Shown piece after piece: positions 36,964 to 49,900 of a DNA stretch of 64,000 bases; position 1 is the first letter of the stretch; each line of letters begins with the position of its first letter. A model generated the notes under the pieces. The model ran no database searches and was not told the origin of the DNA. It saw only the letters and a list, made by a program, of their open reading frames with translations. The position numbers and the translations under genes were made by a program. The stretch spans positions 103,356,001 to 103,420,000 of the forward strand of contig NC_045697.1 in assembly GCF_009834535.1 (NCBI RefSeq), read 5' to 3'. This DNA is from Camelus ferus. Taxonomy: Eukaryota.

Positions 36964-38128
36964 TCAATTATATTTTATTGTGTTGGAATACTTAACATGA
37001 GATCTACCCTTTTAACAAAGTTTTAAGTGTATAATACTGTATTGTTAATTTTAGGTACAATGTTGTACAGCGAGTCTCTAGAACTTACTCATCTTTCTTA
37101 ACTGAAACTTTATACCTACTGATTAGTAATTCCCTATTTCTCCCCTCCTCCTTCTCCCAGATTCTGGCAACCCGCATTCCACCATCCAGGCATTTGCCTA
37201 TTTTAGACACCTCATGTAAGTAGAATCATGCAATATCTGTCCTTCTGTGATTGGCTTATTTCACTCAGCACAACAGCCTCAAGGTTCAGCCATGTTGTTG
37301 CATATTGCAGAAGTTCCCTCTTTTTTTTTTTTTTTTAAGACTGAATAACATTCCATTGTATGTTTATACCATATTTTCTCTATACATTCATCTGATGATA
37401 AACATGTTGTTTGCTCCCATGTCTTGGCTATTGTGCAATAAACATGAGTGTGTGAAAATACCTCTTTGAGATCCTGTTTTCAATTCTTTTGGATATATAC
37501 CCGAAAGTGGGATTGCTGGATCATATGGTAGTACTGTTTTTAATTGCTTGAGGAAATACCATGCTATTTGCCATCTTGGCAGCGCCACAGTACAATCCCA
37601 CCACCAGCGTGCAAGGGTTCCAGTTCCTCTACATCCTTGCCAACACTGTTATCTTTCGCTTTTTTTTTTTGATAATATCCATCCTGACAGGTGTGAGGTG
37701 ATATCTCACGGTGGTTTTGATTTGCATTTCCCTGTTAATGAAGGACATTGAGAATCCTTCCATATACCTGTTGGCCATTTGTATGTCTTCCTGGAGAAAC
37801 GTCTGTTTAAGTCTTTAGCCTACTTTTTATTTCTGTTATTAGTTTTTTTTAATATATATATTAAAATGTTTTATTATTTTTTTTTTAGGGAGGAAGTAAT
37901 TAGGTTTACTTATTTAGTTTTAGAGGAGGTACCAGGACCTCGTGCATGCTAAGCATGTGCTCTAACACATGAGCTATACCCTCCCCCCTGGTTTTTTTTT
38001 TTTAAACCACTGAGTTATAGGAGTTCTTTATATATTTTGGGCATTAATCCCTTACTAGACAGCTGGAAAACGTTTCTCCCATTCCATGAGTTGCCTTTTC
38101 ACTTTGTTGTGGCTTCCTTCGCCGTGCA
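36964..38128 (-). mobile_element. Old L1 (L1MA9/L1MB-like) 3' end with nested SINE
   Basis: acttaacatgagatctaccc..gtgggattgctggatcatatggtag..gtggttttgatttgcatttccctg. Confidence 0.88.
37853..37988 (-). mobile_element. tRNA-Ala-derived camelid SINE with B box deleted
   Basis: gtaattaggttt..gaggtaccaggacctcgtgcatgctaagcatgtgctct..gagctataccctcccccc; lacks the ggggattgaac segment present in other copies. Confidence 0.88.
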
Positions 38129-39479
38129 CCTCATGACTTCTAAGAGCAGGTACTGAGTACTCAACCAATTGTTGCTGAATCGAAAGTGAATGAACAGAAA
38201 GAAGTTACAGAAGATTCTGTGAAAGTGGAAAGAGCTTATGCTTCAACATTGGCTTGCACAGAACTAATGAGCATGGCTTCAACAAAACGGAGACATTTGT
38301 TGGTGGGTGCAAGAGAATCAGTTTCATGTGCAAAAAAGAGCTTATAAATATAGCAGGTATTGAGATATAGGTCTCTGGAATGATGTTTGGAGTAGCAGGT
38401 GTAACTCCTTTGACTGCAAAATTTTCTCTTAAAGAAAAAAGGAGATTAAATGGCTCTTGGAAAAGTCCAGGGATAGGTTTACCCCCGGCTTGTCAGATGC
38501 CGAGCTCTGCCAGCTCACTGGGCTGTGCTGCTTTCTTTCTCTTCCCAGCCCCTCCTCCCACTGGAGTGGTTTCCTCTCAGGCATTGTAGCAAAATGGAGG
38601 CACTGCTCCAAGCTCTTTGTCCTCTCAAATCCAGCATGGGAAGTAAGAGGGTCTCCTTCTCCAAAGTTATCCGTGAGGTTTCTTTGTATTTCATTGCCTT
38701 TGACTTGGCTGTTAACTTACATTTGGCCAGTCAGGGTGCCTCGGAAGAGCGTGCTGATGCGCTGGGGCCTGGTCACCTCATCCATCAGGTGACTGGTGGT
38801 GTGGGGTGGGCGGTGGGAGCGTCCCTGACCGCAGGGAGCAGGGGTGAGTAGACAGGGCTTCCCAGACCACAGTTACAGGAAGTAGGGTGCATGGATGCTG
38901 AGTGGCCAAAAAACAAATGTCCACTACTCTTGGCTCCAGAAAGAAAGCGTAATGGATTGGTTTGGCATCAGAGGCCCGGACGTGAACTAAGAAGTTGCGG
39001 GGAAGTATGTGAAGTATTGGATTCCCCAGGGACAATGAGAAAAGATCATTAGTGAACATGGAGGAAAATGAGATTCCTTTCCTCACGATTCCTGGGTCCT
39101 GTTATGAAAGCAATTCCTATGATCTAAGGAATGAAGAGGGGGAGGTTCATTTTATTGAAACATTAAAAAAAAAAAAAGTCACAAGACGTTAATGTTGTTT
39201 TAACCGAGCTTTGGCCTTGAGACTTGGGTGTGGGTGTGGGTGTGGGTGTGGGTGGGGAGTGAATTACCATTCTTCAGGGAAGAGAAGGACTCCTTCCCCT
39301 GGGGGGAAACTGCTGTATAGAGGAGTAGGTGGTTTTTCTACAGCTGCTTCTGACTGGATTGTCTTAAGTAAGTCATTTCTCTGCCTCAAAGAAATTGGGT
39401 CAATGCCCAGTAACATTCTGCCTAGGCTTATGTGTTAGGCAAGAAAGCTCAGTACATGGCTTATTTTACTTTAACTAGC

Positions 39480-39990
39480 TAATTAATTAATTGAAGTTAA
39501 AATATAGCTGATTTGCAATGTTTCAGGTGTACGGCAAAGTGATTCAGTTATATATGTGTATACATGTATAGATTTTCAGATTCTTTTTTATGTATGTTAT
39601 TACAAGATATTGAATATAGTTCCTTATGCTATACAGTAGGTCCTTGTTGTTTATCTATTTTATATATAGTAACATGTATCTGTTAATCACAAATTCCTAA
39701 TTTATCCCTCCTCCCCAACCCTTTTCCCCTTTGGTAACCATAAATTTGTTTTCTATGTCTGTGAGTCTATTTCTGTTTTGTAAATAAGTTCATTTGTATC
39801 CTTTTTTGAGATTCCACATACAAGTGGTATCTTACGGTATTTGATAGAGAAAACTGTCTGACTTACTTCACTTAGTATGATCATCTCTAGGTCCATCCAT
39901 GTTGCTGCAAATGCTATTATTCCATTCTTTTTTATGGCTGAGTAGTATTCTATTGTATATGTATACATACCACATCTTCCTTATCCAGTT
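39480..39990 (-). mobile_element. L1 3' end
   Basis: aatatagttccttatgctatacagtaggtccttg..ctaggtccatccatgttgctgcaaatg; minus-strand ORF remnant YTIEYYSAIKKNGIIAFAATWMDLEMIILSEVSQ is the L1 ORF2 C-terminus. Confidence 0.92.
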
Positions 39991-41721
39991 AGATGTCTTT
40001 TTTAAAAAATGTTTTATTTTATTTAGTACAGAGAGGAGACGGATACTCACCTAGACCCCCTGATAACCACAGCCCATTCACAAGAGCAAACCTGCCTTCC
40101 TCCAGGCTTATGGTGTTGGGATCAGAGGAGAGAGAATGCTCATGTTTCTGGAAAGCCCATCAAATCATAGGCTGCACAGAACTGAGAGGTCTGGTCACCT
40201 CTGCCAGAACGCCACTGAAGACTTGATGGAACGGACAGATGCTTCCCTGTTTTGTTGGGGTTGAACAGAGTGAATGGTTGTTCCCACTGAGTAACAAGTT
40301 CCATTGAGCCATAATTGGTATATTTTCCCTCTTTCAAGGAAAAAGAAAGACACAAAATAAATAAGAAAACATTTAATTCAGTTATGGAGATTGCAACCAC
40401 CCTATTTCATTGCTATTCTTTTTTTTTTTCCTCATGAAAAAGAAAAGTGTACTTTCTGTTCCAAACTTAAAGCATTGTAAAAGCAGCAAAAACTAAACTT
40501 CAGTAAGTGTGTTCCTTTTAGAGAGGCAGGTGGTGTGCCAGGCTAGGAGCCGTGCTTGCTGCTGAACTATCTCACAGAGCAAGAGAGCTGTGCGTGTGTA
40601 AAATATTCTGCAATCGTTTGGCTCAAGGTGTGTAACCAAAACCAAAAAAACCTTTGAAATGACACATGTTCTGTTTCGTTGCAAAATGTCTCACTTCTTA
40701 TGCCTCCTTCCTTCACTTAAAACTGAGAAAGAGAGCTTGCATCTTTAATGACTTGACTAGATTTATACACTAAATACTAATTTCCTCCTCGGGAGGGAAA
40801 TGGTTTTTGGAATTTTAGACATGGACTTTATAGTCTGTTATGATGACATGAGCTTCTGTTATTAAGCTCTGTGAGTTTCCTCTGAGACAAACCTTCCTTG
40901 TCTTTCCTTTTGCTCCCTGTCCCCCAATCTTCCCCAGCCCCCTACTCTCAACATCTACCTAAAGGAAGCTACGGAGACAAGGTGATGGCTCCAAACTCAG
41001 AAGCAACAGGATGTAAAATCTTGACACCCATCTGGATCAGCTAACATCCACCATCTCTCCCCATCTTGAGTGTATGAACACAAGAAAGAGCAGTGTTCCA
41101 TCCTACGTGCTAATGTTCAGCTTCCTCCATCCTGATATCCCTCTAGGACTGCCCTAGATGTCACTCTCCCAGCAAATCTCTATTCCCACCTCCATTAGCA
41201 GGATTTCAGTATGACTGTTTACCCAACGGCATCCTTCTACCATCTGCCTTTTGCCTTGGGGGAATCCCTTTATCTTGTTTACATTTTTAATTTGGTCCCT
41301 TATTTCATCAATTTAACCGAAACCTGGATTTCTGCCATGATGCAATTCTCTTACCAAATTTCTCCAACTGAAGCCACTCTTCTTGCTCATGGGCTGGGAG
41401 GAGGGGATCCCCTCCCTGAACTCTGTTAATTTGGAGTTAGCAGTTCCACTGCCTTCTCTTCTGAAGTCAACCATTCATTTGTACCAGCCTCTCTTCTCCC
41501 TTAGAGAAAACTTACATCGTCCCCAGTGATTTCAGATCTGTGGTCCATGGAATGCCAACATTCATTGGTACTCTGGTATTCATGTGAATGAATACACAAC
41601 CCTTTAGTTTCTTGAATTTTAGGCTCTGGGAACAATAATCTCCACTTTACTGGGCCACTGGTATAGCCTCACCTTAACCTTGGACTTCATTGTCATTTAG
41701 AATGTTCCTTTCTAAGTCATC

Positions 41722-42173
41722 GTGATAGCTAGCCTCCAAAAATGGCTCCTAATAAGTTTCTTCACCCTGCACATTCAGGCCTCCCTACACATTCAGAAAT
41801 ATAATTTATTTCTCCTCCCCTAGAATCTAAGTTGGCATTGACACTTGTTTTGGTCAATGGAGTGTGGCAGAAGTGATATTTGTGACTTCTAAACTCAGGC
41901 CTTAAGACAACTGGCAGCATCTACTTCCTCCCTTTGAGGAACAACAAGGAGTCTGGTCACTCGGAGACAGCCGTGCTGTGGGGAAGCTCAGGCTAGCCCT
42001 GTGAAAGCGCACGTGGAGGCAGAGAGGCCCCGTCAGTGCCCAGCTCTTCCAGTCATCCCAGCTCTGGCTCCAGTCATGTCCATGAAGAAACCACTTGGGA
42101 GGTTCCCCAACCCAAATTGTGGAAGTGTGAGAAATAATACATTGCTGTGGTTTAAAGCCACTAAATGTGGGTG
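41722..42173 (+). mobile_element. MLT1F/G-type MaLR LTR
   Basis: gtggcagaagtgatatttgtgacttctaaactcaggccttaaga..gtggtttaaagccactaaatgtggg; followed at 42174 by a probable different LTR fragment. Confidence 0.75.
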
Positions 42174-42867
42174 TGTTAAAAAAAATAAAATTCAACCGAG
42201 TAAATTTAAAGCTTTATTAATTAATTTATTTTTTAACAAATCATGGCTTGGGCAGCATCCCATCTAGCAAGTAGAGAAGAGGTCCAAAGGGCCACAGAAA
42301 GGGAGAAGTCTTTAAAGGCAAAACAAAGAAGTCATCAACAAAAAAGATAACTTCGCTGGTACCAGTGACCCCTTCGGGATCAAAAGTGGAAGACTTCTGG
42401 CTTCAGTTTTAGAGGATGGCTCTGGCTGTTGTCCTCACTACCTGCTAATTTCTGCCTTTGTTGTGCTCACTGAATGACCTTCTCAACAGTTCTAGTCACC
42501 AAATCCAGCAGGCTCCTCTCAGGCCTTGTCCTCCTCTATGTTCTCTTAGCATTTGATTCTGCTGGTTGCCCTCCCCTTTCTGAAATTCTCCTTTCCTGTG
42601 GCTGTTATAATACTCAGGGGTTTTGGGGTTTGGTTTTGGTTGTTGAAACCACACTTCACTTTGTGTGCTCATTTGTATACATACCATCCTTCCCCCTTGA
42701 GTGCAAGCCCACCAGAGCAGAGACGCAGGATGTTCAGCTTTGTGTGCCAGGTCTGGTGTGGTGCTCTGGACTTCAGCAGGGGCTCAGTCAATGTTATTGA
42801 GTGAATCTGAAACACAGTAATAAAAGTCAGTGTATGAGAAACACCCCAGGAGGGGCACAGAGCTGGT

Positions 42868-43009
42868 TAGAGTGACCCCTTTAAATCTAACCATTTTAAA
42901 CTTCACAGGAAAGTTAAAAATAGTGACCCATCGTCCCTGAATGCCCAAGTGTCGAACTTTCAGTGCTAAAAGCAGGAGCCCAGGAAAACCAAGATGGTTG
43001 GTCACCCTA
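42868..43009 (+). mobile_element. MER81-like hAT-Blackjack MITE carrying a 51-bp insertion in its left terminus
   Basis: Inverted termini tagagtgacc / ggtcacccta; internal actttcagtgctaaaa. Confidence 0.75.
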
Positions 43010-45862
43010 GTGCTTCCCAGCCTTGCTCAAGTCATGGAGCACGGAAAACGGTTATGTTTTTAAAGCATCATGGAGCTGATGGGTAAAACCAGCCTTGGCA
43101 GGAGATTGACTGGGAGCTCTCAACTCCTCTGCCCTGCAGGGCCCCTAGGAGGGCCACAGGGATTTACCAGCTGGGCACTCCTCCAGCCAGGCTGGGAAAG
43201 TGTGGGTGCCCTCACCAGCTGGGTAGCCCTGCTAACAGAAATTTCCAAGAAGAGACAACTGGTGAGCATAATGGGCCTGAAAGTGGAAGGCTTGCCTCTG
43301 CATCCTCACTCTGCCTCTTATCTCTTATGGGAGCATGGGCGAGTCTCCTCACCTCTCAGAGATCTGAAAAAACCACTGAGAAAACCATAATACCTATCTT
43401 TTAGATTGTGAGGATTTAAAGGAAATGATGTACGCAAGAACACTTTGTATACTGAAAATACCCTACGATGTTATTTCTTATCGTTGCTTGTGGTACATAC
43501 TGTGAACAGTTAGAGGGAAAGGTGCTGGTTGCCAGGACAGAGCCACAGAGGAGCTCTTCAGGACAAAAGAGGACAGGTGAGGCTGCAACATGGTAAGGAG
43601 TTCCATCTTTCCTGAGCTAGGAGGGAAGAAAAAAGAGATGAAAACATACTGGGTTGGGGAGGGTAAATTGGAGCCCCTTTAAATCTAACTACTTTGAACT
43701 TCACAGGAAAGTTAAAAATAGTGTTGCTTGCTGAAACTTCGGTGACACTGAGAGCTGAGGGCCCCCCAAAACGGTTTGGAATGGCTTTGTTTTATTAACA
43801 GCACAAGGAGGGTGGTGGGTGGCCAGGGAAGGGACTGGGGCTGTTTGTGGATAAACAGAGGAGGGAGAACTCCCAGGTATTCACATGGGGCAGGGCAGGG
43901 GAGCAGAGCCTGGGAGGAAAAGCCATGACTGAATACAATCAAATTAGTTTTTCTATTTTCTTTCATTTCTTCATCTTTCTCGTGTCCCCACTTTTTTCCC
44001 CCCTTCCACTGACCATAATAGAGGCAATTTTAAAGACATTAGTCTTATTACTTGTATTTATTGAATTCAGTATTACTTTAAAAGCTTGGAAATTGAATGC
44101 TTTCTCTTCCCTTCTCTCTCAAAAAAAAAAAAGAAAGAAAAAAAGAAAGAAAGAAATTAATAGTGAGAGTGTTTTCATTTCCATGCAGCCAGTAATGATT
44201 TTTTTAGTGGATCCTTTATTACCCTTACAGGGAAAAAAAACTTCCCTACCCTAAGACTATTCCTGTAATGGTTAAAATATGTGGCACTAATGGTTCTTCT
44301 TTAATACTCATTTACCACATAGTGTGTCATTTTCAACTTTTATTTCTTGTGCAACGTTCTTCCTGGAGAGGCAAAAATCTCTCTTTGGACCATCTTTCCC
44401 TTGATGCTAAGGGCATACAATGGTTAGATTCTTCCAAAGGTCATCTGCCTTGGAGTCTGTCCCACTGCCAGTACTGTCCCAGGAAGAGGAGGGTTTAGGG
44501 TCAACAGCTATTAAGCCCCACTGCTTCAGCTCTTAGTATTTTTTGAGTGGTTGTGATTATTCTCTTAAATGATAGATTTTCTAAAACTATTGCTTTGGTT
44601 ATCATGCTGTAATTTAACTTGTCTCTACTCTCATGACTGTGCCCTCACAATTTATTACGAATACCTTCACACAAGCACACTTTCTTATATGCTTTCTGGA
44701 GCAATCAAGACCACATCTCTACCTCTGGCTTACCACGAGCGAAGGAGTAACCCTCTACCATCTCTCTGTTTATTGAATTCAGAGCCAAGAGATCATTTCT
44801 GAAGTTAGGTTGATTTAATTGGCTTTGCTGCTTGAAGTTACTTTATGACATGCCCAACTAGCTTGTTACCTCCTTACCAGCCCCCAGTGGTTTAGTTTTG
44901 CAAGGTGGCAAGGGAATAGTAAGTAAGTATAGAATGGCCTTAGGCTCTCAAATGCTATATTTATCTTTTTTCCTATGGCTCTAAATATCAACCATCAAGT
45001 CAGGAAGCCAGTATTTGGCATTATTGTGCAATATGCAAATACGTCTTCTTCCAACTGGGCATTTCTAATGGCCATAGATTACATTCAGGTATTGGGCTAT
45101 TTGTTGAATTCTACACTTAGAAATTTTTGTGTAAATTCAGTTCAAGACATGAATTACATGGAATTCTGAAATATCCAAACTCAGATATTTGGATAAGTCT
45201 ATTCAGTTTAACCCACGATCCCCTGTCGAAAGTGTATCCTATAGAAATCTCATTTGGTATCAAAATGAATGACTGTCAGAAAGCTAGACTAAGTTTTTCT
45301 CATTGCATGCACTTAGTCTATCATAACACCGACAGTTTTAAAACGTTCTCTTAAGAAGGTGAAGATGCATAAATAAATTTTCAACAACTTTGCCTCTTCT
45401 TCCCATCATTGCTTGCTGCAATCTTTCAACCTCCAAGTGATTCTCCTGCATTTGTGGAGCAATTGGAATTGCTATGTGCTATTTTGGTCTCCATCCCAAT
45501 TCCTGCTCTCAGCCTGGGTTACATCAGTGTCTAGTGAGGCTCCATTAAACACACTACCCTAGCCGCTTGATCTTTTGTAGGCCTGTGACCTCGGTCTCTA
45601 GCTCCCTAAACCTTTACCAAGGCTAAACCCTTGACTTTTTTCTAGTCAAGAATCACCCCAGCTCTGAAACGCCACTGCTCTATTCTCCGGCTCTAGTCAT
45701 CATTCTATTCCCTGCAAGGCCCTTTTCTCAGTCTTCTTCACTAATGCCACTTTCTCTATTTCTTACTACGCTACTGAAAAAAGAGATTATTCATTGTAAA
45801 ATACATCATTATCATATGTACTACTAGGGAAGGTAACAATGCAATTAAACAACAGCAAAGTG

Positions 45863-46062
45863 TGTGGGGGGTATAGTTCAGTGGTAAGAGTGCATAACTA
45901 ACAAGCTTAAGTCCTGGGTTCAAGCCCCTGGACTTCTGTTAAAATAAATAAATAAATTTTAAAAGTTAACCCCCCTAATTAACCCCCCTTGCCCGCAAAA
46001 CAAACACAAAATGTATACAATGAGGCATGTTGATTATATCTCAATGAAACTGGAAGGAAAAA
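45863..46062 (+). mobile_element. tRNA-Ala-derived camelid SINE (diverged) with L1-like 3' extension
   Basis: gggggtatagttcagtggtaagag..gtcctgggttcaagcccc; TSD aattaaacaacagcaaagtg (45843-45862) / aattaaacaatagaacagtg (46063-46082). Confidence 0.8.
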
Positions 46063-46944
46063 AATTAAACAATAGAACAGTGATTTCTTATCACTTAGAA
46101 TTTTTACTTTATATTTATTGAAAGAGCCCTTTTAGACTTAGGCATAATTTTTACTACATATTACTCTTGTGCATATATAAATAAAGGAACTTGACCACAA
46201 GAAGTATCTCAATTTTCTGAATCACTTTTCAAAGCAGAGTCTTTGACACCTATGGTTTTCCACACAAAGTTGTCCTCTCCATTATCCACAGCATCAGTGA
46301 TACAGCAGTTTTTGAGAGCATGCCGCTATTGTCTCTGTATTTTTTTCCAAGACAGTGACAACCAAGTTTTGATGCTGACATTTTATTGATCTTACAAGAA
46401 AGTATCAATGGAAGGTTTTTGACAACTCTTAAGGGTTCATATTTCTTCCTCAAATGGTCTTTAAATGATTTGTTGACTGAGATGTCAAGGAGATGTCATT
46501 GTCCAGTTATGACACCAAAAATAGCAATCATATTACCATACTTTCTAGCAAGCTTATCTTTAACTGTTAGTATACAAGTCTATGAAATGCATCAAATTCT
46601 AATTATTGGATGGATTATGTGAATTTCATGGGGGTATTCCAGAAGACATTTAGTAATTTCTACTTCTTTCTTCCCCTCTGCTCTGGGGGAATCTCTTTTG
46701 GCCCAGGAGAAATCTTCTTCCCTTCAACTTTGAGAGGGAAATTCTGTGAATTCCTTTCCTCTTTAGACTAAGCTTGTGCTCAGACCAAGACGCCCCACTC
46801 AATTAAAATGATACAGTATAAAGAACTGTGATCACATGTGCACATACGGAGAGTGAAACAACTATGCTGTGACTGCATCCTGACTAATAACATCAGAAAG
46901 ACAGCCCCCGACTTTAGAGCGCTTAACGTGTATATCCTAAGCCC

Positions 46945-49900
46945 CCTGCTTCTAGGAACACGGAGTAGACCAGAGGCAATTTTTCCCTATTCCTCCTGCT
47001 AAATAGAGCTAAAAGTCCTAAACACTATAAAAAACACACAGCCTACCTACCCTAAAAGAATGGCAATGGGGAATTTCTATAAGCAGAAAGGCAACACTAA
47101 CAGAAGGAAGCTTGAAACAACAGTAGGTAACAAAGAGCATCATAAGCAAAAAGATGGATAAATATAAAAGGCTTTCTTTCTCTTCTTGAATTTCTAAATT
47201 ATGTTTGATGGTCGAAGCAAGGATTATGACACTCTCTGATGTGATTCTAAATGCATGTAAAGGAAATGTTAAGACAATTATTTTATAAACAGGGGAGGTG
47301 AATAGGATCTAAAGGGAGTTGAGGTTTTTATACTTCACTAAAACTGGTAAAATGAAGACATCAATATACTGTGGTAATTTTTGTGTATATAGTGTAGCAC
47401 TTTGAGCAATCACTAAAAGGCTATATACAAAGAGATATACCTTAAATACTTTGATAAATCGAAATGGAATTCTAAAAATGTGTTTAAGTAATTCACAGGA
47501 AGGCACAAAAGACAAAAGAGAAGTAAAAAACAGAGAAAACAAACAGAAAATGAAAAATAAAATGGCAGACTTAAGCCCTAACATATCAATAGCCATATTA
47601 ATGCACATGGTCTAAATATATCAATTAAAAAATAGCAGATGGCAGAGTGGATTAAAAACATGACCCAACTATATGCTGTCTGCAAGAGGCTTACTTCAAA
47701 TATAATGACATAGGTAGGTTGAAAGTAAAAGGATATAAGAAATATGTGTGTGTGTGTGTGTATAAATATACTAATTAAATGTTAATCAAAGGAAGCCATG
47801 CGTGGCTATATTTATATTAGATAAAGTAGACTTTAACACAAAGAAAACTTCCAAAGACAGAGGGGGACATTATACAATGATAAAAGGATCAATCCACTAC
47901 AAAGAGATAGCAATCTTAATTGCATATGCACCAAACAACAGAGTTGCAAAATATGTGAAGCAAAATGGATAGAATTGAAAGGAAAAACAGACAAACCCTC
48001 AATTGTAATTGAAGACCTTGACACCTCTCTCTCAAACAATCGGTAGAACAACTAGACAGAAAATCTGCAAGGATTTAGAAGAACTCAGTAACATTATCAA
48101 CATTAGACTATAATGAAAATTTATAGAACAATCCATCCAACAACAGTAGAATACACATTCTTTTCACGTGCCCATGGTATATAAGAATTATATACCACAA
48201 CCAAGCATGGTTTATTATTTGAAAATCAGTCGGTGTAATCCACCATATTAAAAGACTAAAGAAGAACAATTAGATGATCATATCAATTGCAGGAAAAGTA
48301 TTTGACAAAATTCAATGTTTGCTCATGATAAAAACTCTGAAACAAATAGAATAGAAGGAAATGTCCTCAACTTGATAAAAAGCATCTACAGAAAAAAACC
48401 ACCTATAGCTAACATATTTAATAGTGAAAACTGAATGCTTTCCTTCTAATTTGGAAATAAGCCAAGGAGATCTCTTTTCACCACTCTTACTCAACACAGT
48501 GCTGGAATTTCTAGCCAGTGCAATAAGGTAAGAAAAGGAAATGAAAGGTATAGAGATCAGAAAGGAAGAAATAAAATGATCCCTGTCTGAAGATGACATG
48601 ATTGTCTACATAAAAATCTCCAGATTATACAAAGGAAAAAAAAATTCTTAGAATAAGTGAATTTAGATACAATATACAGTGAGTGATATGTGATGTAAGA
48701 TACAAGATAGACATACAAAAATCAATTATATTTCTATACACTGGCAAAGAATACTACTGAAATTAAAATACAATACCATGCAAAATTGTTTAAGAAAAAG
48801 AAAAAGACTTAGACATAAATCTAACAAACACTAATAGTACTTATATGATGAGTGACACCCAGTGCTGATGAAAAGGAGAAAAATCCTAAATAAACACTGT
48901 CTTTATGTATTGGAAGTCTTGTTCATAGTAAAGATGTAAACTTTTCCCAAACTGATATATAAATCAGCAAGATTTTCTGTAGGTACAGGTGAGATTAATT
49001 TTTAAATGATATGGAAAAACAAAGGAAGTAGAATCGCTAAAGTAATTAAAAAAAGAGAAGAATAAAGTAGGATGAATCAGTCTACCCAACTTCAAAAATT
49101 TCTGCAGAGCTACAATAGTAAAGACTGCGGTAGTGATGGGGAGATAGGCACACAGGTGAAAGGAACAGAACAGAGATCCCAGAAGTAGATCCACAAAAAT
49201 ATGCTCAGCTGATTTTTGGCAAAAAAGTCAAAGCAATTCAATGGAGGAGTAAAGGTCTTTCAACAAATGGTGCAACTGGGCCTCCAAGGCAAAAAACGGA
49301 ATCTCCGCTCAGCTCACACTTTATGTGAAAATTAACTCAAAACAGATTACAGACTCAAAGGTTAAATGTAAAACTATGAAAGTTTTAGAAAGAAACATAA
49401 GATAAAAGCTTCAGGATTTAGGGCTGGGCAGAGTTTTAATTTTTAAAATGTTTTTAAAAATTGAGGGGGTGGTAATTAGGATTAATTAATTAATCAATTA
49501 CTAAATGGAGGCACTGAGGATTGAACCTGGGACCTTGTGTGTGCTAAACACGCACTCTGCCACTAAGCTATACTCTCTCCCCAGGCAGAGTTTTAGATGT
49601 GACACCAAAAATATGATCCACAGACGTAAAAAACTGATAATGAACTTTCCTCCAAATGAAAACTTTTGTGGTACAAAAAACTCCATTAAAAGGATGAAAG
49701 ATAAGCTAGAGTGGGAGAAAATATTTGCAAACCATATATCCAACCAAAGACTAGTACCTAGAATATACAAAGAGCTCTAAAACTCAATAGTAAAAATCAA
49801 ACAGTCCAATTGAACACGGGCAAAAGATATAAAGAGCTATTTCACTGAAGAAGATATACAGATGACCAGTAAGTACATGAAAAGATATTCAACATCATTA

